A stretch of DNA of 35,189 bases from Amoebophrya sp. A120 (Eukaryota; Protista; Dinoflagellata). Made by a program: the position numbers and the translations under genes. The notes below the pieces were generated by a model that worked only from the letters and a program-made list of their open reading frames with translations, was not told the origin of the DNA and made no database searches. Below are positions 10,701-22,800 of this stretch, in pieces (the stretch's first letter is position 1; every line of letters begins with the position of its first letter). The stretch covers positions 36,014-71,202 of the forward strand of contig CAJINV010000041.1 in the NCBI GenBank assembly GCA_905178155.1, read 5' to 3'.

Positions 10701-13700
10701 GCAATCACCGATCTCAAATCTGCGCACCGTCTCATCCAGCAGATGGCACTGGATAACGCGAACATGACCCAGCACGTTGCAAGCATGCGGGAAGCACTGC
10801 AGCAGGCGTACGAGGAACAGTGTCTGTCCGAAATGGAATGCGACTACCTCGTGTGCGAAACCTACGACTCCGTAGACTCCAGGATCCGGAAACTCGAAGA
10901 AGACTACCCCGGCTTGTGGGATCAAATGTGCAGCTACTGTCGAGCAGACGAAATCGTGCCAGGCGATGATGCCGACTGGCACCAGTTCTTCAGCAGCATA
11001 CCTACGATCGAAAGGAGGGCTAAGGAGAAAGCACGACAGGCTATGCTACGAGAGGGTGAAACACTGAACCTGTCATGTCAGTCGGCACTGAAATGTACTG
11101 AACAAGAGAGCACTTGCTTCGTTTAGGTTTACGTTTCAGTACCTTGGTCAGAAATAAAAGTGGTCGGCCGCTTTGTCTTATGCAGTGTGATGTAGTACAA
11201 AGACAGTCTCCTAATCTGCAGGCACATTCCAGCTCAAAATGACATGACTGACAGACATTTTTCCGCCTGATCTTATCCGAGAGAAAAATCCCCCATCCCC
11301 GTACTGAAATGAAAACTATGTGATGCGGATTTGCGTACACGAATTGCCTCGGACTGCAGCGAAATTTCAAAAGGCAGCCCCCCGGTCGCTTGGTCGACCC
11401 AGCGAGCGGGGGGGTACCGGAAGAGGGCGGCCTGCCTTTGCTGCTTCAGTTTCTGGGCGGCACGCTACCCGCAGGCGGCGCAATTTTCAAGGGGCCGCCC
11501 CCCGGTCGCTTGGTCGGCCAAGCGAGCGGAAGGGCGGCCAGCCTTGTCCGGGCCACTTCCTGGGTGACACGCTGCCCGCAAGTGGCGCGTTTTTTAACAT
11601 TGTACACAGATGCAGACGCCTGCGTGGCGAGTAGCATTATTTCGTTGGGGCTTGACTGTTTTGTCAGCCCTTCGCCAAACAGCTTCGGCAGCAAAATAAC
11701 AAATAAAAGTTGGCTGCCGTTTATGTAGTACAGTACGGGCTACTCTGTGTACACGTAATCAAGCATTGCAAATCCCCTTTTTGGCATGCGGAAGGCAGGG
11801 AATTTTTCTTCTCAATACACGTTTTGACGATTTTGCAGCGACATGTGCGGGGATCGGAACGCTATTTCCGCCAGCCGGAATGATCTGTAGTGCGACACCC
11901 GAATCAAAAACAGCATCTGAACTCGCCGAACTATCAGCGAAATATATCGAAGCAGAAAATACTCCAGCACACGCAGCGAAGATGAACCACAGTGGGGCCA
12001 GTCAGAGGCGCTTCGTCCCTCAACACGGACGGAGCTCCTCCAAGACCGCCCCGGCGGTTCGTTAATCTTGCATGAGACACTGGCGGCACGGGAACTTGAA
12101 TGCAGCGGTGTTTCCGTGCCCCATGCTGCAGCTGTGACTCGTGGAGGCTTTTTGGTTTCATAACTTTTGAAAACCCCGTCGCAGCAGCACTTCATTTTCG
12201 GCTCCAGATATGACGGCGAAAAACCAAAGTAAAGCCGGCGGCGGTGAAATGCGTTGCGCCATACTGTAAGATTGAGCGATTCTTCGCAGACTTTCTAAGC
12301 GTCTTTAGTCCGGTTTTGCTTTGGTTTGCAGCCCATAATCAGAAATGGCGCACGAGCTTTTCTTCAAGACCAGGACGCTGAAAGAAACATTGGAAAAGCT
12401 GGCCAGTGCAGAGAAGCGCCTAAAAAAACTTTCGGATAAGGCGACTACAACGTACGCAAACACTTATAATTTTGTCGAATGTTCAGTGGCAATCCATGGC
12501 AACACAGAAAGTAGAGTACCCAGGCTCCATTTCGCGTTCACATACGCATCGTGACAAATTTTATTACAGATACTTACAGATTGAACGAATAAAAAACTCA
12601 ATAAAACAGCTCTGCGGGGGACCCCAACAAGCCAGCGGTACTCTTCCTTCTGCAGACGCACTTACATGGTCGGTTCTGCTTTTGAACACCTGCAAGCTAT
12701 CATGCAGATATGGTTTCTCTGCTGCGTACTAAAGTAGCGGACATTGCAGAAAAGTTTCTGTCTGGAGTAGGCTGTTTGCATGAGCCGCAGTTTTATCGAT
12801 ATGGATTACGGATTATCAGATTTATGTTTTTGGCATGCAAGTAGATCCCCTAGCCCTAGGCACCTAGTTACAACATGCATATCCGTGAAAGGTATCGGAC
12901 GGGCGCGAAGAGGCCCTACTGCTTCAGGGGGAAGAAATCAAACGGCTGCGGCAGACACAAGACGCGCTGTCGCGCGAACTGTACAACGAGAACATGCTGA
13001 AATACACCATGCAAGACCAGGCACGCGCCGACCGGTGGAGAAAGGTGATGCACAAAGAAGGCAAGCTGACAGAGAATGAAATCGAACAGAGGGTGGCGCA
13101 TTGGTTAAGGTAAGGCGATGGACAATATTTGTTCGCATCTAATAGACCCTATATTAGTTTTTGGCATGGACCGCCCGCACGGCTGTGGCATTTCTATTTC
13201 ATTTTTACCGTCCGTCTATCGCCGCCACGCCGGGTTTTTGTATTTTTCAGTGCCGAATGCAAATCACGAAAAGCGGCTAGATGCGAACACGGTTTTCCTT
13301 ACCATGTCGAACTCTTGCAGCCATCCTCGCGTGGACGCGCCAAACACTTCATTTTTGCAAAGTAAACACCAAGTGTGGTGCCAAGATATCTAATTGTGCA
13401 CGATGAGGTGCTTGCTTCTTGTTTTTGCATCAAGCTGTAATTCCCAAAACACCTACGTTTTATGTGGATGTAGACGAAAAATTTATCCCGGAGTAACGAT
13501 GTACCTTGGCAGCAACGGCAGGAGGTTTGAAAGGTCCATACCCTGGAAGCCCTCCAGAAGTCTTTCGCCTGGAACCAGTATCACCAGTGGGACTCCGAGA
13601 TGCAAGCGCAGTTCGTTGCCGAGACGCAGCAAACCTCCAGCGCTGTTTCGGGCGGTAGCAATGCTGGAGACGGGAATGGCGCCACCAGCGGAAGTGAAGC

Positions 13701-15580
13701 AGGAGGACAGCATGTTTTCGCTTATGATACAAAAAATGCTCTCGCGCGCAAGCGGGACTGGTACAAATGAGTCACTCACTCCTTTATTTCCCCTGCGACA
13801 TCTTCAGACTCTTTGCACCTCATGTCGCGTCTCTAAGCATCATCTGTAGCAGTGGAACTGTGCGCCAGAGCATTTTTCCGAATCACACCCTCGCGACCAT
13901 CAGCCGAGACCCGGTGCTCGCGAAGCAAGCCCTCATCCAACAGGCGGGCGAGTATCAAATGCAAAAATGTCTGGGTCTGGAAGAGCGCCACACTTGTCGT
14001 GCAGGTTTTCCATGACTAATGAGGTCTGGTATGTAGGACATAGCATGAGAAATTCTGCGAGACCTCTCTAATACCTATCCTGCATGAGAAACTGCGTCTC
14101 GATTAGGTGAAAAAAGGGCAGCTTTTGGTAATCATGCAACACAGATTTTTACATTTTTCAGATTTAGCATGACAAGTTGCATCCTTCCAGACCCAGACAT
14201 TTTTGCATTTCATAGCGAGATCGAGAAGTTGAAGTCGGAGAAAATCGCGTTGGCTATCAAGTGAAAATATGTCCTGCGGTGGAAACTTGTGATGCTAAAG
14301 TGTGGACGATGCAAGCACTTCTGGATGGAGCCAAGCATAACAACTATCCAGAACGCTTTCCTAAGTGCAGCCCGCATGACAAACTGCGTTTTTGTATGAG
14401 AAAAGAGGCTGCGGCTTTTGGCGGTCATACAATACAAATTTCACAGGCATGTCAGATCAGCATTACAACTTCGAACGTTCCAGACCCGGACATATTTGCA
14501 ATGCATATGGGCCAAAGAGCTGCAACAGCGGGTCACAGTAGCCCGGTACAAGGAATTGTGTCTATCCGAAGCACACCCGGACCTGAAGCAGGAACTGGAT
14601 ATAAGCACTGTAAATTAGGATGCTTAAAGTGCGGAAAATTGTGCCGAACTTGTCATGTTAAGTATCCTACAGTACATGACAAGTCAGTCCACCATATGTC
14701 ATGAGGATAAGCGTGGTTTTCGAATCCCAGCATCACATCTTTCCGCACCGAAGCATGCTGTTTTCCAAACCATAAGAGAAACACCGCAACGATTTTTCCA
14801 AGGGGGCGAACCACTGTGTGACCAAGCACTTCGAGGCGGCGTCGGTGTACGCCAAAAACGTCACCGGTTTTTTCCAGCACACGAACGGTGGTTGCAACTC
14901 TATCAAGTGCAAAAATGTCCGGGTCTGGAGGAATGTAACTTGTGATGCTGCGTTTGGAATCCAAAAACATCTGTATTACATGAGCAGCAAAGGGAAGGCA
15001 ACCCTTGCTACGCGGAGAGGGTATCTGTCATGCGCAATAGGCATCAAGAGGGCCTCAAAAAATCTGTGATGCTAGGGCATGCATCACAGACATCATGGCT
15101 CATGCAAAATGTGCATGACAAACTCCCCAAATCTTCCAGACCCAGACATATTTGCATTTGATAAACCCCTTCGAGGAGCAACAGTCGGACGCCGGTAGAG
15201 GAGAGACGGGAACTACCCAGCCCCCGCGGTCCGCTGCACCCCGGACGGGCGAAGCAACAGCTAGTAACGCAGGCACGCACAACTCGCTGCCGACGACCGT
15301 CTCACCCGTGCCGGCAGCAGGTACTACGCCCGCATCAAGTAGCAGCAGCAGTTCTGCCGCACCGCGAACCCTGTTACCGCCGGACACGCAAGTACGTGCC
15401 GGGGGCGCGGCAAGCTCGAGCAGTGTCGTTCCCAGAACGGCGATGGACGCCGGAGAACCATGCAACAACCCCTCCACCCAGGACTCCCTAGTAGCAACTC
15501 GCAGACAGCAATCATCTTCCCCGACGCAGGGCGCACCGCTCCGGAAGCGACGGCATACGGTCACCGGATATCGGAGGTAA
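4779..15580 (+). CDS. multi-exon hypothetical protein, paralogue 1 (S/Q/G-rich GSQPSN repeats, central helical/coiled-coil region, C-terminal RKRRHTVTGYRR)
   Basis: Exons linked across introners (e.g. NFSS|QYAGKTQTGGSQPSN; QQAGE|IEKLKSEKIAL|AKELQQ); colinear similarity to paralogue 2; several junctions unresolved, so start and single-gene status are inferred. Confidence 0.6.
5706..5907 (+). repeat. coding tandem repeat, 45-57 bp units (NVxxAQSS...GSQPS)
   Basis: aacgtg...gcgcagtctagc recurs at 5706, 5751, 5808, 5865. Confidence 0.85.
6439..6706. mobile_element. introner family A
   Basis: tatcaaatgcaaaaatatctgggtct ... agacccagacatttttgcaatgcata; DR gtccc/atccc; frame restored into another GGSQPSN motif. 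Confidence 0.92.
6803..6987 (+). other. candidate canonical GT-AG spliceosomal intron
   Basis: gg|gtaaac ... caacag|g; AT-rich, no TIR; joins GATG to LLVDRTHDEAAA in frame. Confidence 0.65.
7567..7830. repeat. 114-bp tandem repeat, about 2.3 copies
   Basis: tggcc(c/t)aa(t/c)ttgg(a/g)ccgc at 7567, 7681, 7795. Confidence 0.85.
7831..8184. repeat. 19-bp GC-rich minisatellite, 19 units (ggcggatcccc(t/g)ggggaa(c/g))
   Basis: ggatc cores from 7834 to 8176, exactly 18 x 19 bp apart. Confidence 0.95.
8509..8766. mobile_element. introner family E
   Basis: tatgcaagaaaacaagagcagttgtgtttat ... ataaacacagcccggcttattttcttggata; flanks cacag/cgaag; frame restored (GQHSKAVAPAV). Confidence 0.75.
9024..9286. 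mobile_element. introner family A
   Basis: tatcaaatgcaaatatgtttgggtctggaag ... cttcccgacccagacatatttgcaatgcata; DR decayed (gacgt/agcat). Confidence 0.88.
10002..10228. mobile_element. introner family B-like (degenerate)
   Basis: tatccttcataaaaacgctctcacgcgcgcc ... ggcgcgggtgtgggaacgtttttacccagaatg; flanks taacc/aagcc; frame continues (SITAPKVVST). Confidence 0.65.
11274..11817. mobile_element. introner family C copy with nested insertion
   Basis: tatccgagagaaaaatcccccatcccc start matches 31758/32912; end gggaatttttcttctcaata; no clear DR. Confidence 0.55.
11338..11749. mobile_element. candidate MITE with TA target duplication (Tc1/mariner-type signature), GC-rich, internal 120-bp duplication
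   Basis: TA at 11336-37 and 11750-51; imperfect TIR cacgaattgcctcggactg / cagtacgggctactctgtg; interrupts the family C motif atttg(a/c)gta|cac; ccccccggtcgcttggtcg at 11378 and 11498. Confidence 0.5.
13953..14214. mobile_element. introner family A
   Basis: near-perfect 31-bp TIR; perfect DR gcgag; frame restored. Confidence 0.95.
14255..14507. mobile_element. introner family A (diverged)
   Basis: tatcaagtgaaaatatgtcc ... ggacatatttgcaatgcata; DR ttggc/tgggc; frame restored. Confidence 0.88.
14901..15163. mobile_element. introner family A, opposite orientation to 18034
   Basis: family A TIRs; DR aactc/aaccc; interior is the reverse complement of the 18034 and 9024 interiors. Confidence 0.92.
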
Positions 15581-16094
15581 CAGAAAATGCTGGTTCATTA
15601 CTGTGGTAGATTGTAATGCGCAGAGCGGCGTGTATGACTGACTTTTGCATGCCCTGTTCGAGTTAGCATCAAAATCATCTCAGCATTACAAACTAACATT
15701 TGCGATGAAGCGGCAACGATGCTTTTCCATGTCACAGTAGATAACGATGGCGGAAAGAAGGACGGACGGTGAAGGGAGGACGCAGTGGCGCAAAAGCAAA
15801 ACCGTGTCTCATTCGATGTCAAATACATAGTAACAGTACAAAATCAGTAGTCAGTTCCAGTGTTTCAAGTTATGATTTTTTTGCTATAAATTTTACATCG
15901 CAATATAGCATTACTAACTCACGATGCGTCTTACCAGTTGGTGCACAGATAAATAAAGTATGATCTCAACAAACAGGCAAAATTTATATCTCCACGTATC
16001 CGTTTCGACAATGCAGTATAGCGACAGCACGGATGTTATTTTCTCGTTTCTTCAGGGCTAGTTACTGATAATTTACAGTTTGACGAAACTCAAG
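15581..16094 (+). repeat. 3' flank of paralogue 1, homologous to 25888-26359
   Basis: shared colinear blocks aagaaggacggacggtg, aaataaagtatgat, gtttga(c/t)gaaactcaag. Confidence 0.8.
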
Positions 16095-16802
16095 CGAGGC
16101 GTTTTTAGCGAAAAAAGCCATCAATCAGAATGGATACTACAAATCCACCAGCCAATGGTAGACATTTAGCATGAGCAAGGACTACATTGATGCAGGCGAG
16201 ACTTCCAGAGGAGAAAATTCGCCGACAAAAAAGAAAATGACAATATCCAGAATGGTCACACGCATAGGGCTATCACATGAAAGATCCTTTTAGATGCAGA
16301 AACGAAACTGTATACTTCCATCGACGAAAAAAATCATTTCTAGAAAATTCAAGTCCTTTTGCTCCTTCACAGGTGTGCTTACGACAGCACAAAACTGCCA
16401 TTCTACTCACGCCAGTTCTTGGAAGTAGTTGCATCTCAGGGCGTTCTGCAGCAGGATGTGCGCGCTGTCTCGTATTAATTTCTGAGCAGCCGTAGTTGCG
16501 GTCAGAGTCGCGTTTTTTTTTTTTTTTAAACAAGAGTGGTATAACGATCACGAGAGACGTCAGAGTGAGCGCGATTGCCATGATAAATACACCTATATTA
16601 GCCCGCTCGCACATACAATGAGCCGACTCTGCTCGCGTTGATGCCACGAAAAGGGCCAGGATGGGGTTGAAGCGCTCCACCCGTACGTCGTTGCATTTCG
16701 TTTCTTGCTTCTCAGGAGCTGCGCCAGCTATGTTTTGCTTCTCGCGGGAATCGTAGAGGACGTAGACCTTGCGCACACGCGGACCGGGGTGCGCTACGAA
16801 GG

Positions 16803-19800
16803 ATGGAGGATCCGCGGAACGCGAGAGTACCCCCTGCCGAAAATGCACAGGTTGCAGGCTCGCAGCCGACCGCATCTGGCGGCGCAGCGTCTCACGGAGG
16901 GGGGCCGGCGCCGAAGAGTGGTAATACCACAAACCAGTACAGCCAGGGCATGCAGCTAGCAAGCAACGAGCAGGGGGACCCGCAGGAAACCGGCGTGCAA
17001 TTGGGAATGATCCCACACATGACAAGCAGTTCCTCGGAGGTCGTCCTGCGGCAAACCAATAGGACGCAGCTCAACGAAATGGAGCCGTCCAGTTACCAGC
17101 AGACTGGAGGATCCCAGCCAAGCAACCTGCAGTTCGGCGGGGCGCAGTCCAGTTACCAGCAGACTGGAGGATCCCAGCCAAGCAACCTGCAGTTCGGCGG
17201 GGCGCAGTCCAGTTACCAGCAGACTGGAGGATCCCAGCCAAGCAACCTGCAGTTCGGCGGGGCACAGTCTAGTTACCAGCAAACTGCGGGTTCCCAGCCG
17301 AGCAACCTGCAGCTTGGTGGGGCGCAGTCTAGTTACCAGCAGACTGGAGGATCCCAGCCGAGCAACCTGCAGCTCGGCACAGCACAGTCTAGTCACCAGC
17401 AGACTGGCGGATCTCAGCCAAACAACCTTCAGTTTGGCGGAGCACAGTTTAGTTACCAGGAGACTGGAGGATCCCAGCCAAGCAACCTCCAGTTTGGCAG
17501 CGCACAGTCTAGTTACCAGCAAACTGCGGGGTCCCAGCCGAGCAACCTGCAGCTTGGTGGGGCGCAGTCTAGTTACCAACAAACTGCGGGTTTCCAGCCA
17601 AGCCACTTTCACTTTGGCGGAGCACAGTCTAGCACCCTGCACACCGCGGGATCCCAGCCAAGCACACTTCAGTTCGGCGGAGCACAGCCTAGCAACCTGC
17701 ACAGTGCAGGATCCCAGTCAAGCAACCTCAACTCGGCGCAATCAAGCAGCCTGCACTACACAGGTATACCCGCCCAGTCGAGCAACGCACAATTAAACGG
17801 CAGCCTGCAGAGCAGCGGTGTGCAAATGGATGTCGTGCAGCAGCAGACAAATCTGCAGGTCAACGGCTCGCAACCAAGCAATTTGCAATCAACGCTGCTG
17901 AACCCAGCTAGCCCACCGGAGCTTCTCGGCCAGCATGCCGTGCCGAACACGGAACCAGCTGCGCATCAACAACCCGCACCACTTCATCTCCCGAACCCCG
18001 CGAACGCACCGCAGGTGGCTGGTCCGCCGGGAGTATCAAGTGTAAAAATGTCTGGGTCTGGAAGATTCCGGAATTTGTGATGCATCTTTCGTATGATCCG
18101 CGACGCATGTAATGCATGATCTAGCATCACAGATTTTTAGAGGGCTTGCTGATGCCTATTCCGCATGAGAAATGCCCTCTCCACGTAACACAAACTGGAG
18201 TCCTGTTGCTGGTCACGTAATACAGATTTTTTTGGAATCCGAAGACAGCATGACAAGTTGCAATCTTCCAGACCCAGACACTTTTGCAATCCATAGGGAG
18301 ACGGAGGAAGCTCGTCGCCAGGAACGGCAAGCGCGTCCATGTATCACCCGCAAATATGTCTGGGTCTGGAACGATGCAAGGTTTGTCATGCAGGGCTAGC
18401 ATGTCTCCCAAGTCTGTCATGCACGTTAGTACCCAAAAGTCACGTTTCTCTGTTACGCAGAAACGCAGTTTATTGTCATGCAAGATAGGCAACACTTAGT
18501 AGCCCAAAAATTTGTCATGCTTGGCTGTCAATGGAGGCGTCGCGTGGTTCGCCACATAGCATCACAAGCTTCCAGACCCAGACGTCTTTGCAATTGATAC
18601 TATGCGGTCGGGCACAACGATCTCGTATACAGCCTCGTCCCTGCGTCACACGACTCCGCACCTGAGGGAGGAGCGGAACTTCGCGATAGAGGATCTTCGC
18701 TACGTTATTGAAATGACAAAACCCTGCACGCCTCCAGTCGGAAAGAATAAATACATAAGAGTTGAGGGACTTGCTCATGCCCTGAGTCAACGCTCCGTCA
18801 AGCGGTCAAGGATCTCCAGGCGCCGGCAGATTCGTGTTATTCCCAAAAGCCTTACATGCTTGCGGAAGAAACACAGTGGCGCACGATGCAAATCCAGCAA
18901 TCGAAGTAAGTATTCTTTCACACATGGCATGAGGATTTTTTATTTCAATATTTGCAAAGCGGCAGCTGGACCAAGCCAGGCGCGTGAAGGCGTTAGCAAT
19001 TCAACAGAGGGACCACTACAAACAGCAGGCGGACCATATCTATGGCGCTGAGAGCACTGGATGCCCCAACCCAGAAAGAAGCTGTTGCTTGAATTCTTGT
19101 AAAGCCTCGTATCATGCACACATGGAAAACAGCATAAAGGATAAAAAAATTTTGTGCATAGTCATGTCGCAAAATACTTGCGAATCAAACGCGCCATAAG
19201 TATTCCTTGTAGGCAAACTTTTTCCATTTTCTAGCGGATCTTTACAACAACCGTATGGCTTCAAGTGTTGTAAAAGCAGAAGTACTCCTTCTGGAGTTGT
19301 CGCTACTAGTTTTGGCTGAATAACGCGAAAGACGAAAACTAAAACCTGTGAAGTGAAGACGAAAGCACCTGTCGTGTAACGAGCCCATCGCGCCATTGCT
19401 TCCACTATAGTCGTGATCAGACTATAGCCGCTGAACTTCTTTCGATTGCAGTGTGGCGAATGTTGTCAAAAAGCGTTTGCGTCGCTGCTCTGCAGCGTAA
19501 ACTCGAACTGAGTATAGACAGCAGGTGCAGGCTCTATGCATTGCAAATATGTCTGGGTTTGGAAAGGTGCAGAAAAGTGATGCTCCTTTCCAGGCACACA
19601 AAAATCTGTCATGCATGAGTGGCAAAAGCTTCCGCTTTCGGCGAAGCTGAGAAAGAATTTCTCGTGCTGAGTAGGCGTTGCAAGGCTCTCATACAGCCTG
19701 TGAGGATGCTAAACTCTGCAATCCAGACCTCGTGAGGCATACGAGACCTGCATGACAATGTCTGTACTTCCTCGGATGCAGACATGCTTGCACTGAACAG

Positions 19801-22800
19801 GTTTGCAGTTCATACAATGCCTAAATAAGCATCAGCGCGATGTATATTCCCGCGTTGCCAGCCTCGAAACGGAGCTCCAAAGCGCCCGAGTTCTAGCAGA
19901 ATTCTACAAAAGCAGGTTAGATTTCTACAAAATGAACGACGCAAGGGACGAGGAAAGTAGAAACCTGGAAGAACAAATCCGCAACGAGCAGGGGAAGTGC
20001 TGGGGCCTTCGCCACAAGCTTCGGGATGCAGAATCCGAGCTAAGGAGGAAGGAGACGGAACTGCAGCTCGCTGAAACCCGCTGGAATTCCCTAAAGCCCA
20101 GCGTCGCAAAGCTGCTGGAATCGGCCGAAAACCACGAGAAAAGGGCCCTGAACAACTACCGCGAATACGATTGCTTCAACAAAGCCGACTGCGATCACTG
20201 GTGCAAGACGTTTGTGTTGTCGCGCGACTCCTTCGCGCGCGACATTTCCGTCCTGCAAGCTTTCATCGCCAAGACCGTGCCACGTGAAGCAATCCCCGAA
20301 GACGTTGCTGCCATCGTGAACGAGCTGGCCGACTCCTCCGACTACTGCTGGCCGGATCAGGACACCCTTGTGATCAGCAACCGGGACAACACGCCGTATG
20401 ACCCGGACAAGAGGAACACCTGGCCTGCAACGGATTTAGCAGATAAAGAACGCGTCAGCGGTACCATCACCTCCCTTCCGGACGCGATTGACATCATCTC
20501 CCAACTTGCAATCACCTGCTCGCATCGCATGCAGGAAGCAACCATGTACAAGGCCGAGCTGGAGCAAATGTGGGCAAAAACGTCCTCCGACGACACTGCC
20601 TTCGACCAGGTAGACAGCAAACGGAGCGGTAGTAGCCTGCCGCGCAGTGCAGACCAGCGGACGCAGATGTTGGATACGCGAATTGCGGAGCTCCAAAAGC
20701 AACTGCAACAGAAAGGCGCAAAGCTGGCTGAGACCGACTCGAACCTGAACAATCTAGTGGAGCGCACGCGACGATTCTTTGCCCGGGAGGAGAACAGACT
20801 ATCCGAGGAAAAAACAAAAGAGCTCGAGGAGGATTTGGACAAGATGCGCAGCCGGGCACTGGAGCGGTGGGATAACAATGCGTCCCGCCTGCAGGCGGCG
20901 GTGGAACGAGCACAGCGACAGCTTCATCAACAACACTGCTCAGCGGCGGTGGACAACACTGCTCTTCAGCAGGCCGCGCAGCAGTCGGACGGCCCCACCT
21001 ACATCGACTCGGCACTAGAAGCCGTCCGCGACATGCGACCACTAGTGGAAACACTGTCCCAGCCTGCAGCCCTTGCAGATGCGCACAACAAAATGAAAAA
21101 CGGGAAAGATGAAGTAGCCGATCTCCGAAATCTCGTGGAGGAACTGCATTGCGCGCGCATCAGGAATCAAAATGAAGAGGAGGTCGCACGACAGGAGGCC
21201 AAGCTCCAAGAAATTATATCCTCGGGAGGCATCGATCAGCCTTCACCTAGCGCAGCAAAATTCGATACGGGCGATGCGTCAGAGTGCCACTGCATGTCAA
21301 AAGAGTACGTCTGCATGGCTGGGTGAAGCTGTTTGTAGTGCGCGCACCTAGAAGAGGTCGGCCAGCTGGGCTAACAGCTAAGTAGCCTGCTAAGCTCTCG
21401 GCCTCTCTTGTTCTTTTGGCGCCAGGAACTTGCAAACAGCTTCACAAGGTTCGAGCTAAATTTGTCCTCGTTTTTGGGTGAAGGCGCCTTTCCTTGCAAT
21501 GACGCCTGTCGACCAACTACCCCGCAACCATATCCTACAGAACAGCACACACATACAAGAAAAGTTGATTTCTTGTGTCGCTGTGTTTCTTATAGCACAA
21601 GAAACGTCGCCATGCTGATTCTCAAGAAGAAGAAAAACCTGTCATACAGCAAAATGAAGATTGAAATGAGGTCGTCGTGGGAGTACGTTTGTGATGCTGC
21701 TCAGCAGGACGTTTTTGTAGCTCGTCATTTCTTGGAGGACTTTATCCTTTTGGACGCTTTAGTATCTACTCCTTGACGAACTGCATCACAAACGCTTTCT
21801 GATATGGTATGGGTGTGCTGTTCTGGAGGGTAAGCCATCGGGGCCGCACAAAGGGTTGACAACGTCATCGACGCGATCGGAGGTGTGGGTATCCTACAGA
21901 AGAGTACGCACATACCATGGTCAAAAAGCATTTGTCTTGAAAGGAGAACCTCTTTGTCTGCCGAACAACACAACCTTTCCTTCCTGATTTTTCCTGTTCC
22001 GCATTACAGATTACGTCTTCCATGCCAGAAAGTGACCCATCTTCTGCTCGCCGCATCACGGCCTTGTCACTGGTGCTGGCAGAGGAGCAACAAAACTGAT
22101 TGCTTTTTTTTTGTGCTGTGTGTGTGCTTTTGTTCGCAATAATGGGGCAGTTCCGATATGATTGAAAAGTTGCTCCACATCCAACAGAAGACCAAAGTAG
22201 TGTTCTGCTGCGAAAAGCCAGGCATAAGGGGTAACATTTCTCCTTCGGCATGAGTTTGTTCCCTACCACGCAGAAGACTGCGCGCTCTCTTGCGAAGATG
22301 ACGGGCAACTTTTTCCAAAGTGATACCACCGTAGTGAACACCAGTCTGTACGACCCCACCGTCGGCGCAGCTACTCGGTCCCTGCGAGAGCTCGCCCCCG
22401 CAACTAATCCAATCGCTGCTAAGCTTGCGTCGCAGGTGGAGGACCTCGCCCGGGAAGTGTGGTTTAAAACTAGGCTTCTGCGCGAACGCGACCAAAAGTC
22501 CCCCGGCTCGGCGGCCATCAATCCAGGCATCAGCAGTGGTGTTTCTACTCCCGCCGCGGCCTCGGATCGGATGACGAAAGACGAGCTTCTGCAGCGGCAG
22601 GCGACGCAGCTCGCGCAGGTGCGGTTCGAGCGCGATCTCTACCGCACCGCCCTTCGCAGGTGCTACGTCGACCAGGGGTTGCAGTACTTCGACGTATGGA
22701 GACGAATACACTCCTGTGCCGGGAGAAATCAGTTTGACAGGCTGCTCGCTGATGTTGATGTTTGTTTGCATGTATACTCAGAATACTACGCAGGGGATGC

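Noticed and set aside
10312-12900. Further possible degenerate introners (starts near 10312 and 11042; also 1491, 24456, 26971)
   Set aside because: Ends or 5-nt phase could not be fixed with confidence, so they are not listed as features.
13528-13530. In-frame TGA (and TAG near 22869) suggesting stop-codon reassignment as reported for one Amoebophrya lineage
   Set aside because: Both lie at or next to plausible AG acceptors, and the kinesin has no internal stop in 1186 codons and ends at TAG right after a CaaX box, consistent with the standard code.
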